Assembly: GCA_938045545.1 (NCBI GenBank)
Contig: CALIBN010000016.1
Coordinates: forward strand, 27,914 to 91,913
Reading direction: 5' to 3'
DNA from: an uncultured archaeon
GTDB taxonomy: Archaea > Thermoproteota > EX4484-205 > JAAOZP01
DNA length: 64,000 bases
Made by a program: the position numbers and the translations under genes. Below, one piece after another: positions 11,693 to 22,966 of this stretch; the stretch's first letter is position 1; each line of letters begins with the position of its first letter. The notes below the pieces were generated by a model. The model searched no databases, was not told the origin of the DNA, and saw only the letters and a program-made list of their open reading frames with translations.

Positions 11693-12403
11693 ATGACAAG
11701 CCTCGCTGACCTGAGGAGGCTGGCAGCAGAGAAGGCTCTAACCCATGTTGAATCCGGGATGATTATTGGCCTTGGCTCCGGAACCACGATGGCAGATGTT
11801 TTCCTGCCTCTGCTGGCTGAGAGGATCAGGACGGGCGTTATTAGAGATGTTCGCCTCGTCCCGTCTTCTCGCCAAATAGAGTTTAAGATTTTCGAGGAGG
11901 GTTTAGAAGCCGCTAGCTTCAACCAGATAGACCATGTGGATATTACTATAGATAGTGCAGACCTTGTTGAAAGAGAATCTTTGACCGCGATAAAAGGCAG
12001 GGGAGGCGCCCTGCTTCTTGAGAAGGTTCTGAGCTCGGTTTCCAGCAAGATGGTTCTGATTCTGGATGAGAGGAAGATTGCTGAAAGAGTTCCGCCGGGG
12101 TTCCCAATACCGGTGGAGGTTCTTCAAAACCTGGTTCTCTTGGTTAAAAAGAGGGTTGAAAAGGCTCTTGGAGTAAGCGTAAGAATTAGGACGGGAAGCG
12201 GCAAGGTTGGGCCTGTAATAACCGACTCTGGAAACGCTATTATCGACGTCCCCCTGCCTGAAAACCGTAGCCTCGAGTGGCTGGACGATTTCTTCAACAA
12301 TACGCCTGGGATTCTGGAGAACGGTATCTTCGAAGGCGTCGTAAGCTATGCTTATGTAGGTACGAGCAGCGGAGTATTAGAATTAAAGGGGAGAAGAGGA
12401 TGA
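11693..12403 (+). CDS. rpiA: Ribose-5-phosphate isomerase A
   Basis: IGLGSGTT, DSAD, IKGRGGALLLEK and GPVITDSGN motifs. Confidence 0.93.
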   Translation: MTSLADLRRLAAEKALTHVESGMIIGLGSGTTMADVFLPLLAERIRTGVIRDVRLVPSSRQIEFKIFEEGLEAASFNQIDHVDITIDSADLVERESLTAIKGRGGALLLEKVLSSVSSKMVLILDERKIAERVPPGFPIPVEVLQNLVLLVKKRVEKALGVSVRIRTGSGKVGPVITDSGNAIIDVPLPENRSLEWLDDFFNNTPGILENGIFEGVVSYAYVGTSSGVLELKGRRG

Positions 12404-13122
12404 AGATAGAGCCCGCAGGCAGCATGGAGAGGGTGAAGCTTCTGCTCAGGGAGTCTTTGACCGACATAGAACTAGTATCCTACGACCTTGAGAAGATCGT
12501 TAGGAACCTGAGGAGGAAGGACAGCGAGTACCTTGAGAAGATAAGTATTCTTCTCGAAAAGAATGATCATGACAGGGCTAAGGCCTATGCCGAAGAGATA
12601 GCTATGCTTAGAAGGGTTGCTAAACTTATCTACCAGTCCAGTCTGCTCGTGTTAACCATTAAGCTTAGGCTTGAAACAATGGTGGAGTCCGAGGAGCTGT
12701 ACGGCATGCTTCCGCAGCTGGCGAGACTTCTCTCCAGGATAAGTGAGACAAGCCCACTGCCGGATCTTGAAAAGGAGTTCACCGGGGTTAAGGCTAAGCT
12801 TGAGGAAGCAGCCTCAATAATAACTAGGTCGACAGACATAAGAGCTGAAGCCGTTGACGTTGAGGCTGAGAAAGTCATCAAGGAGGCGGAGAGACTTGCC
12901 TCGCTGAAGCTTGAGACAACTTTTCCAAAGGTGCCTAGCTATGATTTAAGGGAGGAGGCTAAGCAAAGGGTTTTAGAATACCTTAAGACAAACGCGGATT
13001 CCTTCAACATAGAGAGATGCGCGAAAGAGCTTTCGATGGAGAAGAGTGAGGTTGAAAGCCTTTTGAACGAGCTCATTAAGGAGAGGAGGGTTGTTGTAAA
13101 ACGCGAGGAGGAGCTTGTTTAA
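12400..13122 (+). CDS. cdvB: ESCRT-III/CdvB-like protein with C-terminal winged helix
   Basis: Snf7 core (AKAYAEEIAMLRR), MIM2-like FPKVP, C-terminal wH-like segment; ATG at 12400 overlaps the rpiA stop. Confidence 0.8.
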   Translation: MKIEPAGSMERVKLLLRESLTDIELVSYDLEKIVRNLRRKDSEYLEKISILLEKNDHDRAKAYAEEIAMLRRVAKLIYQSSLLVLTIKLRLETMVESEELYGMLPQLARLLSRISETSPLPDLEKEFTGVKAKLEEAASIITRSTDIRAEAVDVEAEKVIKEAERLASLKLETTFPKVPSYDLREEAKQRVLEYLKTNADSFNIERCAKELSMEKSEVESLLNELIKERRVVVKREEELV

Positions 13123-14282
13123 GCAGAACCCCTTTCCTTCCTCCACTCCTCCATTTTAGCAAGGCTCTCCCTGCTTATGCTGCTGCCCCTGTTTCTAATC
13201 GCCTTGACGAGATCCTCCATGCTGACGGGCCTAGGGTCGCCTTTCATCGGGTCACCTTGCTCAAAGAATTCTTCAATCGTCATCTTGAAAGCATCTTTAC
13301 ATATGTTTTCAATATCGTGAGCAGAATACCCTTCTGTTAAACGCGCCAGCTCATCGTAGTGTATTGGTGGCTTAAGGCTGAGCTTGGATGTGAAATACAT
13401 GAAGAGTTTTTTCCTAGCCGTAATGTCTGGAGGAGGCACGTAAAGGCGTTCCTCAAACCTTCTTAGGAATGAGTCCGGCAGGAGCCACGGGTTGTTCGTC
13501 GCCGCTATCACATACACGTGTTCCACACGACCCTTGCTCGCAAGACCATCCATCTCCTGCTGGAGCTGCAATCTGGCTCTAGATTCTCCACCTGTTTCAT
13601 AAATATGGGTTCCGACAATGCTTTCAACTTCATCTATGAAAAGTATAGCAGGCTCGCTGGAGCTGCTGTTCCTCCTAGCGTGTTCGAAAAGCTTGGCAAT
13701 GTTCTTCTCCGACTCTCCCAGCCATTTAGAAAGTACTGAGGAAGCTTTAACCAAGTAGAAGGTAGCCCTGATGCTGTTGGCTAGGGCTGCTGCCAAGAGT
13801 GTTTTTCCACATCCCGGGGGGCCGTAGAAAAGGATCCCTGTGGACCAGGGCAGCTTGTAGACATCAGGGCGGATAGTTGGAAAGATCACGTTGACGTACA
13901 GCTTCTTCTTAGCCTCCTCCAGGTCTATTATATCCTCCCACCTGACAGAAGGCTTCTCTATCAGGACAACGTCTTGGAGCCACTTGTCCTCTCCCTCTTT
14001 TGACTCTGTTTTATTAATGTAAACAACCTCCTCCTTCCTCTTCATAAATCCTTCAAGCTTCTCAACTCTTTTCTGATACTCCCTTATCCTGTCCAGATAG
14101 ACCCTTTTCATACTGTCATTATCAGTCAGCGTGTAAAGCTGCATGAGTATTTCAATTGTTTCCCTATAGAGTTTCAGGGCAGACTTGTAGTCTCCTTGGC
14201 TGTCCATTGTAACTGCCTCATGTGCCTTTCTTATCGCAGTTTTCTCAAGCTCGCTCCGCCAGCTCAAGCTGGATACTTCCAC
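13119..14282 (-). CDS. cdvC: Vps4/CdvC AAA ATPase
   Basis: N-terminal MIT domain, GPPGCGKT, SKWLGESEK, FIDE, ATNNPW. Confidence 0.92.
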   Translation of the reverse strand: MEVSSLSWRSELEKTAIRKAHEAVTMDSQGDYKSALKLYRETIEILMQLYTLTDNDSMKRVYLDRIREYQKRVEKLEGFMKRKEEVVYINKTESKEGEDKWLQDVVLIEKPSVRWEDIIDLEEAKKKLYVNVIFPTIRPDVYKLPWSTGILFYGPPGCGKTLLAAALANSIRATFYLVKASSVLSKWLGESEKNIAKLFEHARRNSSSSEPAILFIDEVESIVGTHIYETGGESRARLQLQQEMDGLASKGRVEHVYVIAATNNPWLLPDSFLRRFEERLYVPPPDITARKKLFMYFTSKLSLKPPIHYDELARLTEGYSAHDIENICKDAFKMTIEEFFEQGDPMKGDPRPVSMEDLVKAIRNRGSSISRESLAKMEEWRKERGSA

Positions 14283-14385
14283 TCCTGCTTGACACCAATA
14301 AAGGATTCCTATTAAGTTTTATCTACCTTAAAGTAAAGATTTATTGTATCACTAAAAATATTTAAGCCACGGTTTAAAGCGGATA

Positions 14386-15015
14386 GTGATAAAGATGAGC
14401 CCGTTATTCGGCAGGAAGCCTCAACCGCCCCCGCAACCAGCGGACCAGCATGCATTTCAAGACGCCTTGAGGGAAGCAGTTGCAATGCTTAAGATTCAGG
14501 AGCAGAATCTCGACAGGATATACCACAGGATTAAGATGAGAGACGAGCAGCTTTTCAAAGAAGTCGAGAAGGCTCTTGTTGAACGAGATAATTCCCGCGC
14601 CCAAGTTTATGCGAACGAGGTTGCTCAGGTAAGGAAGATGGGTAAGATAATTCTTAGCAACAGGCTTGCACTTGAAAGAGTAATACTTAGGCTTGAAGAT
14701 ACTATAGACTTTAAGGAGACTCTGAAGATCCTTGGACCGGTTGTTAACGTAGTAAACAGGGTTGGAAACGAGATAAGGAATGTTGCTCCACAAGTTGCAG
14801 ACAGTCTCAGACAAGTAGAGGACATGATGAACAGGGTGCTTATACAGGCTGGCGAGGTCACAGGCTACGAGACATATATTGCGCCCGACAGCGAGGCAGA
14901 CCAGATTTTGAAGGAAGCATCCATCCTGGCTTCTCAGAAAATGAAATCAAGCTTCCCAGAGATACCTGAGGCTGTTAGACAACACATGGAAGAAACCGGT
15001 TCCCGGACTCAGTAA
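14386..15015 (+). CDS. ESCRT-III/CdvB1-2-like protein
   Basis: RAQVYANEVAQVRKM, LERVILRLE, MIM2-like FPEIP; no wH. Confidence 0.85.
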   Translation: MIKMSPLFGRKPQPPPQPADQHAFQDALREAVAMLKIQEQNLDRIYHRIKMRDEQLFKEVEKALVERDNSRAQVYANEVAQVRKMGKIILSNRLALERVILRLEDTIDFKETLKILGPVVNVVNRVGNEIRNVAPQVADSLRQVEDMMNRVLIQAGEVTGYETYIAPDSEADQILKEASILASQKMKSSFPEIPEAVRQHMEETGSRTQ

Positions 15016-15209
15016 GCTTAATGATTTCACATCAGCTCTTTGAAAACTAGTCGACCATCAGGGGGCTTGCGCAGTTTTTTTAAAAACCATTGGAATTGGC
15101 CGTCTTAGAGGTTTAAATACTGGAATGCTCATCATCCTAATTCCTAAAGGGCTGGCGCTGTTGAGGAAACCGATAAATAGACACTCGTGAGAGAAACAGG
15201 GTCGTTCAG

Positions 15210-15506
15210 ATGAGTGGAAAAGTAGTTGTTTCAAAAGAGGAGGTTCTGCATTACGCTAAGCTCTGCAAGATCTCTCTGACCGAGGCTGACGTGGAAAGGC
15301 TCCAGAAAGATGTTAACGAGATACTAGAGTATTTCAACATTGTGAGAAGCCTGCAGCTGGATGTTGAGCCAATGGTGTATGTGACTGGTTTCAGCGAAGC
15401 CCTGAGGGAAGACGAGCCGGCTGAAACCCTTTCAGAGGATGATGTTTTTAAGAATGCTGGAGAGAAGGATGAGAAATGGTTTGTGTCGGGCCAAGTGTTA
15501 GGTTAA
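15210..15506 (+). CDS. gatC: Asp/Glu-tRNA amidotransferase subunit C
   Basis: EVLHYAKLCKI..ILEYF..LREDEP pattern; upstream of gatA. Confidence 0.88.
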   Translation: MSGKVVVSKEEVLHYAKLCKISLTEADVERLQKDVNEILEYFNIVRSLQLDVEPMVYVTGFSEALREDEPAETLSEDDVFKNAGEKDEKWFVSGQVLG

Positions 15507-16927
15507 ACAGCTTATCAGAACAGTTTTTGGATTCAGTTGACCCAGTTGAGAAAGTCTATAAGACTCTTGAAAGGATTGAGAAAACAAGAGGACTGAATGC
15601 TTTCATAACGGTCGATAAGGAGGGTGCCCTTAGAAGTGCAGAGGAGCTTAAGCGTAGAATCAGGATGGGTGGGAAAACAGGTAGGCTAGCCGGTCTCCTG
15701 GTTGCTGTTAAAGACAACATTTCCACTAGGGGGCTTAGGACGACGTGCGCCTCAAGAATGCTTGAAAACTATGTTCCGGTTTATGATGCTACTGTTGTTG
15801 AGAAAATAAAGATGGAAGATGGCATCGTAATTGGAAAGACAAACATGGATGAGTTCGCAATGGGCTCAAGCACCGAAACCTCCTTCTTCGGTCCGACGAG
15901 AAACTTTTTTGACCATTCTAGGGTTTCCGGGGGAAGCAGTGGTGGAAGCGCGGTCTCCCTCGCAACCGGGGCTGTGGAGCTTGCTCTCGGAAGCGATACG
16001 GGAGGATCGATAAGGAATCCTGCAGCCTTCAACTCGGTGGTTGGGTTAAAGCCGACTTACGGCAGGGTTTCACGCTACGGTTTAATAGCCTATGCTAGCA
16101 GTCTCGACCAGGTAGGGCCGATGGCTAGAGACACGTTGTCAACAGCCCTGCTGCTTCAGGTAATAGCCGGCAGTGACCCAAGGGATTTAACCACTTCAAG
16201 CCGAGAGCCCTCGAATTACGTTGAAGAAGCCACGCGCGGGACCAGGGGTCTGAGGATCGGCATTGTTAAAGAGGGTTTCATGAATATTGATGAGAAAATT
16301 TCGGCAAAGGTTTACGATGCCATAGGTGTTCTTGAGAAAAACGGTTGCTCAGTTGAGGAAGTATCGTTTCCCTTTATGAAGTATGCTCTCCCAGCATACT
16401 ACATCATAGCCATGGCGGAATGTTCAAGCAACCTTGCAAGGTTCGACGGGATCCGTTACGGAGGGAGGTGTGCCGAAGGCAGGTGGGAGGAGAGGATTGT
16501 TAAGATTAGGACCGAAGGCTTCGGGGAGGAGGTTAAGAGAAGAATATTCCTAGGAACCTTTGTGCTCTCCGCAGGCTATAAGGAGGATTTCTACATGAAG
16601 GCCTGCAGGGTCAGGAGGAAGATACATGATGATTTTAAGCTCCTGTTTAGAGACTTCGATGCTCTGGCGATGCCAACCATGCCCGTCCTCCCTTGGAGAA
16701 CAGGAGAAATAGTGTCGCCGCTTGAAATGTACATGATGGATTTTGAAACAGTCGCCGTCAATCTGGCTGGGCTTCCCGCTATAAGTATTCCGGCAGGCTT
16801 TGTCAACTCGCTTCCAGTAGGTCTTCAACTCGTAGGAGACCATTTTGAGGAGGTTACGCTGCTCAGGCTATCCTACGGCTACGAGGCTGAAACCGGTTTC
16901 ACCAAGTGGCTCAGGACCCACGGCTAG
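15476..16927 (+). CDS. gatA: Asp/Glu-tRNA amidotransferase subunit A
   Basis: VKDN, GKTNMDEFAMG, GGSSGGS, GSDTGGSIR, SSNLARFDG. Confidence 0.96.
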   Translation: MVCVGPSVRLNSLSEQFLDSVDPVEKVYKTLERIEKTRGLNAFITVDKEGALRSAEELKRRIRMGGKTGRLAGLLVAVKDNISTRGLRTTCASRMLENYVPVYDATVVEKIKMEDGIVIGKTNMDEFAMGSSTETSFFGPTRNFFDHSRVSGGSSGGSAVSLATGAVELALGSDTGGSIRNPAAFNSVVGLKPTYGRVSRYGLIAYASSLDQVGPMARDTLSTALLLQVIAGSDPRDLTTSSREPSNYVEEATRGTRGLRIGIVKEGFMNIDEKISAKVYDAIGVLEKNGCSVEEVSFPFMKYALPAYYIIAMAECSSNLARFDGIRYGGRCAEGRWEERIVKIRTEGFGEEVKRRIFLGTFVLSAGYKEDFYMKACRVRRKIHDDFKLLFRDFDALAMPTMPVLPWRTGEIVSPLEMYMMDFETVAVNLAGLPAISIPAGFVNSLPVGLQLVGDHFEEVTLLRLSYGYEAETGFTKWLRTHG

Positions 16928-16968
16928 CTTGGGAAAGGGTTAAAAACTTTTTCAACATTGCTCCGGGG

Positions 16969-18072
16969 ATGAACCGGAAAACCCAGATGCTGCTAATTCC
17001 TGGTCCAATAACACTGCCAGAAAGGGTTTTGAAAGCGATGGCTAAACCCATCGTAAACCATAGGGGGGATGAGTTTCACGCTCTCTACGAGAGAATTGAA
17101 GAAGGCTTGAGAAATGTTTTCAAGACTGAGAACAACGTCTACATCATAAGTGGCTCTGGAACCGCGGGAGTGGACATGGTTTTCCAGAACTTCGTGTACG
17201 AGGGTGAGAAGGTGCTTATACCGGATTTCGGAGAATTCACGGAGAGGGTTATGGAGAATGCTTTGAAGGTTGGTGCTGAGCCTGTTGCCGTGAAATCAGA
17301 GTGGGGAAGCCTGCCGAGCCTCAGGAATATTGCGGAGGCGGTTGAGAACAATAATGTTGGAAGCATTTTCATAGTGCATAACGAGACCTCTACGGGAGTA
17401 ACTTTCAGAATGATGGAAGAGGTTGCTAACATTGCTAGGAAAGAGGGGATACTGGTTTTCGCAGACACTGTTTCAGACCTGGGTGTTGAACCCTTCTACA
17501 CGGATAAGCTGGGTGTTGACGTCTGTGTGACTGCAAGCCAGAAGGGCCTCGGAGGGCCTCCGGGCTTATCCTTCGTCTCAGTGAGCGGAAAAGCGTTAGA
17601 TAAGGGTTTAAACAATCCTAGGAGGAGAAGCTTCTATCTGGATGTTGAGAAGATTCACAGGTTCCATCTCAAGAGGGAGACTCCTTTCACGCCCGCGGTG
17701 CCACTGCTATACGGCATGGCTGAAGCGCTTGAAATTTTGAAAGAAGAGGGCTATGAGGAACGGATAAGAAGGCACTCTGAGAATGCTAGAATGATATATG
17801 AATTCTTAGAGTCTGAGAACATTGAGATTTTCCCACGCAATAGAGAATACTGGTCTACAGCGGTAATAGTCTTCAAAAACAGGGGGCTTAATGCCGACAT
17901 AATAATCAGGAGGCTGTACGAAGAGTATAGGATACTGATAGCGAGAGGAATGGGTAGGCTGAGGAATGAAACAACCAGAATAGGCAACGTAGGCTACGAG
18001 GGGAGAGCTGAGATAGAGTATTTCCTAGACTCGTTTAGAAAAGTGTTGAAGGATGCTGGCAGGCAACCTTGA
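16969..18072 (+). CDS. Class V PLP aminotransferase (Ala/Ser-glyoxylate type)
   Basis: IPGP, HNETSTG, SQKGLGGPPG, TPFTP; likely leaderless ATG at 16969. Confidence 0.9.
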   Translation: MNRKTQMLLIPGPITLPERVLKAMAKPIVNHRGDEFHALYERIEEGLRNVFKTENNVYIISGSGTAGVDMVFQNFVYEGEKVLIPDFGEFTERVMENALKVGAEPVAVKSEWGSLPSLRNIAEAVENNNVGSIFIVHNETSTGVTFRMMEEVANIARKEGILVFADTVSDLGVEPFYTDKLGVDVCVTASQKGLGGPPGLSFVSVSGKALDKGLNNPRRRSFYLDVEKIHRFHLKRETPFTPAVPLLYGMAEALEILKEEGYEERIRRHSENARMIYEFLESENIEIFPRNREYWSTAVIVFKNRGLNADIIIRRLYEEYRILIARGMGRLRNETTRIGNVGYEGRAEIEYFLDSFRKVLKDAGRQP

Positions 18073-18167
18073 TTAAACACGCGTAACAAGCATAATTCTC
18101 ATTTTTAGCATGCGTGTCAAAGAACCAGGGGTAATGCTTAACTACGTTCTCACTAGTCCTTTGAAGC

Positions 18168-20599
18168 GTGATTGACATGGGAACCATGTTTTCAGCCGGC
18201 CTATTCAAGGTTGAAACGGAAGAATCTGTTTGGAATCTCTCCTCCTCGCAGTGGCCCGGGTTTAAAATAGGATCGTTAACATGCCACGTATGCTTAAGTG
18301 GGCAGAAGCATTACCCGGAGAAGCTTAGAGTAGAGAGGCTGGATAACGAGGAAGGCTTAAGAATGACTTGGACGTTTAAAAAGGCTGGTGCGAAAATAGT
18401 TCAGAAAATCACTAGCCGTCCGAAACATCTTGAAATAAGCAGCTTCTTCCAAAACCTTTCGACTAGGGCCGCCTGTCTCAGCGAGCTGACTCTACTCGAA
18501 TCCGCGGAGCCGGGTGAAACCTCGTTTGGAACAAGACATGGGGAAGCCCGGGTTTACGAGGATGGTGGCTACTGGGGACTTGTCCGAAAGCTAAGCCGGA
18601 GCCCGAAGCCGAGTGGTGAAACGGCGGAGCAGGCTTCAAGCAGCGAGATCCAGGGGTCTTCTCAAGTCTGTTGGGAAGTCTACAACCCGTTTGACAGAAT
18701 GGCTTTCTTAGCGGGTTTCCTAACGTTTGAAAGATGGCTAGGCATGGTTGAAACAAAGTTCAAAGCATCACTTGGAGTAATCGGGTGGAAGATGGGTTTT
18801 GACGCTGGCGACGTAATAGTCGACCCCAGGGAGACCGTTAAGCTGGAAGACGTTGCATTCATGCTTGGGCGGGACCCTTGGCTTCTTCTAGAAGAGTTTG
18901 GAAACCTGGTTAAAGAAAGATACTGCATTAGGCCTTTGGAAAGACCTCCGATAAGCTGGTGCAGCTGGTACCCCTTCCGCTTAAGCGTCAGCGAGGAACG
19001 CGTCTTGGATAACGCCAGGATCGGGGCTGAGCGTTTAAAGAGCCTTGGGCTTAAGAATATTCAGGTCGACCTAGGCTGGGAGAAGAACCACCTGCCAAGC
19101 TCATACGATGAGAACGAGCAGTTCTCCCACGGGTTGAAATGGCTGTCGCAGCAGCTTGAGAAAATGGGTTTCAACCTGGGGGTCTGGAAGGCTCCTTTCA
19201 CAATAAGCGAGCTCGACACGGTTGCTGTCAAACACCCGGAGTGGCTTCTTGGAGACGAGAAGGAGAAGCCAGCCCCATACTGGACATGGTTCTGGAAGCC
19301 GTATGGAAAGGTTTACGCCCTGGATCTTACGCATCCAGGGGCACAGAACTATCTTCGTGAAGAAATAGCTTCAAATACGTCAAATACTTCAGGCTCGACT
19401 TTATGGGTGGCCCGTGTAACCCGCGTCTACGCAACGGGTACAACCGGAGAATCGTAGCCGGAGGAGGTGTTGAGGCTGCACGACTAGGATGTAGAATAAT
19501 CTCTGAAACCCTGAGGAGCATTGACCCGGAGTGCCTAGTGTTGAACTGCAACCCGTATGAGCCTTGCGGCGTAGGGTTTTTCCAGCTGCTCTACACCTGC
19601 AACGACACGGGTAACACCGGATACGTCACTTGGCAGTTTATGAAGGAAAACTATAGGTCTGTCGCGTCCCACCTGTGGAAAAACCATAGGTGGGGGATAA
19701 TCCAGCCCTCCTGTCTCTCCGTCGGCCTACCTGGCACACTTGAGGAGGCAAGGATCGCGCCACGGTAGCATACTTCTCGGGTGGCGAGATCAGTATTGGC
19801 GACAACCTTGCTACTCTGCCTGAAGACAGGTGGCAAGTCTTACTCTCAGTGCTGCCGCCAGCCGGAGCCTCAGCCAAGCCCGTGGACCTTTTCGAACCAA
19901 TTACCGTTGAACAATTGTCGTATGAAGATATGAGCCGCAGCGGTAGCGAGGCCACGGTAGGAAGCATTGAGGAAGACGGGGGGAACATCTGGTGCAACAG
20001 GTGGAGACTGAATGGGACAGCTGGATCATCGCCAGCCTGTTTGCTTGGGAGCCTCCTAAAACTAAAGAGGGGAGGGAGCACCTGATAACCAGGTTCAACA
20101 TCCCGTGGAGCCTGCTGGGTTTAAACCCTCGCAGGAAATACTGGGTCTACGAGTTCTGGTCAGGCCAGTTCCTAGGGGAAACCCCTCGACACGTAGGCTG
20201 GACGGCTACACACATCCCGGGGACGCTGGGAAACTCCTATGGGATGCCATGGAAGAGTCTCTGAAAGTTACGTTCTTCGGCCTTGCGGTCAGAGTGTTAG
20301 CAATACGGGAAACGCGCCCACACCCTTGGATCGTTGGAACGAGTTTCCATTTAACAAGCGGCGGAGAATTGCGGAACGTAGCCTGGGATGAGTCGAAAAA
20401 AGTTTTGAAGGGCGAGCTACAGCGGCCACCGGGCCAGCTGGGCTTCATAGTTGCAGCCGGCATCCCTACTAGACAGGTTAGAACCATTGTTGACAACCGC
20501 CCAGCGATCGCGCTGCCGGGGGCTAATGGCTCCCTAGTAATCCCGATGATTTCCAGCGAGAACCCTTTACTCTGGGAAATACGCTTCGAAGAACAGTAA
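18168..20599 (+). pseudogene. GH36-type alpha-galactosidase, multiply frameshifted
   Basis: SWCSW, QVDLGW, LDLTHP; continuation across ORFs 19403, 19849, 19992 and 20105 (YEFW..HPWIVGTSFH). Confidence 0.8.
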
Positions 20600-20684
20600 G
20601 CCAATCCTGTCAGATACTTTAAACGTCGGATGAGTAAGACGGGGCTCGAACGACATTGCATAATGGTGATCTTTCGAATCGCAG

Positions 20685-20709
20685 GTCGGGGTAGCCGAGC
20701 CTGGTAAGG
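20685..20709 (+). repeat. Isolated 5' fragment of a tRNA-Ser-like gene
   Basis: GTCGGGGTAGCCGAGCCTGGTAAGG versus GTCGGGGTAGCCAAACCTGGTTAAGG at 23191. Confidence 0.75.
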
Positions 20710-20781
20710 TACAGTCATCTTAAGGTTTTTACAGCATGCTTACGAAGGATGTTTTAAGTTTTAGAAATAAGTTATGCTTAA

Positions 20782-21541
20782 ATGAGCCTCATGAGCATTA
20801 ATAATGGGATGGTAAATCCCGAGCTCAGGAAACTTTTCGTCGATTCAATAGAGTACCTTAGAAAAATGGATTTCTTCAAGGATTACTCAAATCTATCCTC
20901 GGAGGAGATTTTCGACAAGATCCTTAGTGGGGAAATAGACTATGGGGACCAGTGGTTCATCGAGGAGTGGCCCGAGGAGGAGCGGAGGAAATTCAGTACT
21001 CAAGGGCAAATCTTGAGGGAGCTACTTAAAGGCGCGAAGAACACTGGATGAAGAAAAGCATTTACGAAGTGGATTTGGAGGTGGCGTCTTTCGATACCAA
21101 GAGGATCTTTATAGAGGATCCTAAGACGGTCGTAAGAAAGGGGATATGTAAGATGTTGCACATGAAGCTCGCGAGGATCTCCAGGGGAGCTTTCAATTCC
21201 AGGTACATTAAGGAGGAGTTGATAGAATGGGAGAAACCCCCTCCGGTGTTGAGGGCGGCGTTGGGGAAATGGTGTTCCCCTACGGTGGCTTTATCTTCAA
21301 GGTATGCTTTGAGTTCGGAGGGAAGGAGCATCTGGCCGAGTTCTACAATAACTGGAAATACCTTTACATGGTCCCGCTCATAGAGAGGATAAATGAGCTG
21401 ATCAAGGATACCGGATATCAATATTACGGGTTGCATAATGAGGACATAATCTTAGTTGTCCTAAGGGAAGACGAGGCCGAGAAGCTTAAAAAGGAGAGGG
21501 GTTGGGCACTTTACTTGCCTCAAGTTAAGGCTCATGCTTAG
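20782..21541 (+). pseudogene. Putative immunity protein paralog (two frameshifts)
   Basis: Three consecutive ORF pieces align to 8750-9427. Confidence 0.8.
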
Positions 21542-22532
21542 GTTTCTCCACAATGTTCTCTACAGTCTCCTCAATATCGTCTAAGGTGCATTTAACACCC
21601 TCTTTAAACTCAGTCTCGATAATTTTATTCAGGTTCTCAAGGCATATAGCTACCGGAATGCCAAACGCGGCTTCCCATAAATGCTTCCACTTATCCTCGG
21701 TGAAATAATTATTCAGATCTTTCTTTGCTCTGCTTAAGCTACGTTGATAATAATCGGATACGATCGTGGTCTTGACCTCAACTATCGCTACTCACTTCCC
21801 CTTATGGTAAACGTAGAAGTCCGGTCCCTCTGTCTCATATCCCTGGACGACCTTGAGCTCTTCCTTAGGTATTCCGGTCTTCCTAGATACTACCTCCTTA
21901 ACGTCTTCCTCTCGGTAAAATCTTGCATAATCCCAGCCGATTTCCCCAACCGGTCCTTTAACCCTTGGATCGTCTATCGAAAACCCTTTGTTAATTAGGC
22001 CCCCTACATCTTCAACCCTCACCACCAGAACCTTCTCGGGGTCCTCCAGGAATACCTCGTAGCGAGATGCGGCTTCCCCCACCCCCATATAGTATTCTAT
22101 CGTGAGCTTCTTTCTATCCACCTCGTATTTTGTGATTTTAATCCGCCTATATTTGCTGATCATTATCCTTGGAATGTATTCCTTGGACTTCCTGTAGACC
22201 AGCTTGATTAGGTGCTCCTTACCTTTGTAATCCTTAATCGCGAAGGTGACGGCTGGTCCATGTTCCGATCTGTCGTAATGCGGGTTCCTCTCCAACGTCA
22301 ATTTGCAAACCTCCTTCCCATCCACGACCAGCTTATATTCGCCTGAGCTGAATGCGATGTCGAAGGACGCATTCGCTTCCTTAAACACGGTTTTAACGAA
22401 CTCATGGGTGGTGATTTTGACGATCTTTATCTCAACCTCCTCACCACTCCGACCTATGTTGCTTGGAAGGTCGAACTCAAATGTCGGCCCATATTTCTTG
22501 TAAAATGTCCTTCTCTTGACCTCGATTTTCAC
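21525..22532 (-). pseudogene. Second toxin-like C-terminus with PD-(D/E)XK domain, in-frame TGA at 21792
   Basis: KGPVGE..GPDFYV..K*VAIVEVKTTIVSDY; reading frame continues past the stop to TAA at 21525. Confidence 0.75.
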
Positions 22533-22966
22533 TCAACATGATTCCCTCCAAGGTACTGCTTGAGTTGTTCGCTGGGTATTCTAATCCTCAAGTTATCTTT
22601 ATTCCGCCTAAAAACGCATCTCACCTTAAGGCCCTCCGGGTAATTAGCGAGCTCGCTGGGCTCCTCCCGTGCTGGCTCTCCGCCCTCCCGCGCGCGCAAG
22701 ACTCCAGCATCAGGCTTAGCTTGAGATATGCACCCGCCCTTGGGGGGGACGAACCTGCCCGACTTAACGCAGGCCGAGGCGAGCTGGCAGGCCCTGCATC
22801 TAAGAGTTAGCCCCACGATTTTCACCTTTCCTACGATACACTGGTAAACCAGGCATAAATTCCTCCTCGATGAGTGGCATCCAGTGCATAATCCGAGCCT
22901 AAGGTAATCGCATTTGCGACAAGGCTTTCCGCACTTGAGGGGCCCGTGCGCGACTTGCATTCTCAT
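22529..22966 (-). pseudogene. Cys-rich head fused by deletion to the pre-toxin segment
   Basis: MRMQVAHGPLKCGKPCRKCDYL.. paralog of 5282; upstream ~45 nt also conserved between copies. Confidence 0.7.

Noticed and set aside
21792-21794. In-frame TGA (also ~7863 and 48647) as selenocysteine or recoding
   Set aside because: TGA is a normal stop in core genes here and the affected loci carry other lesions.
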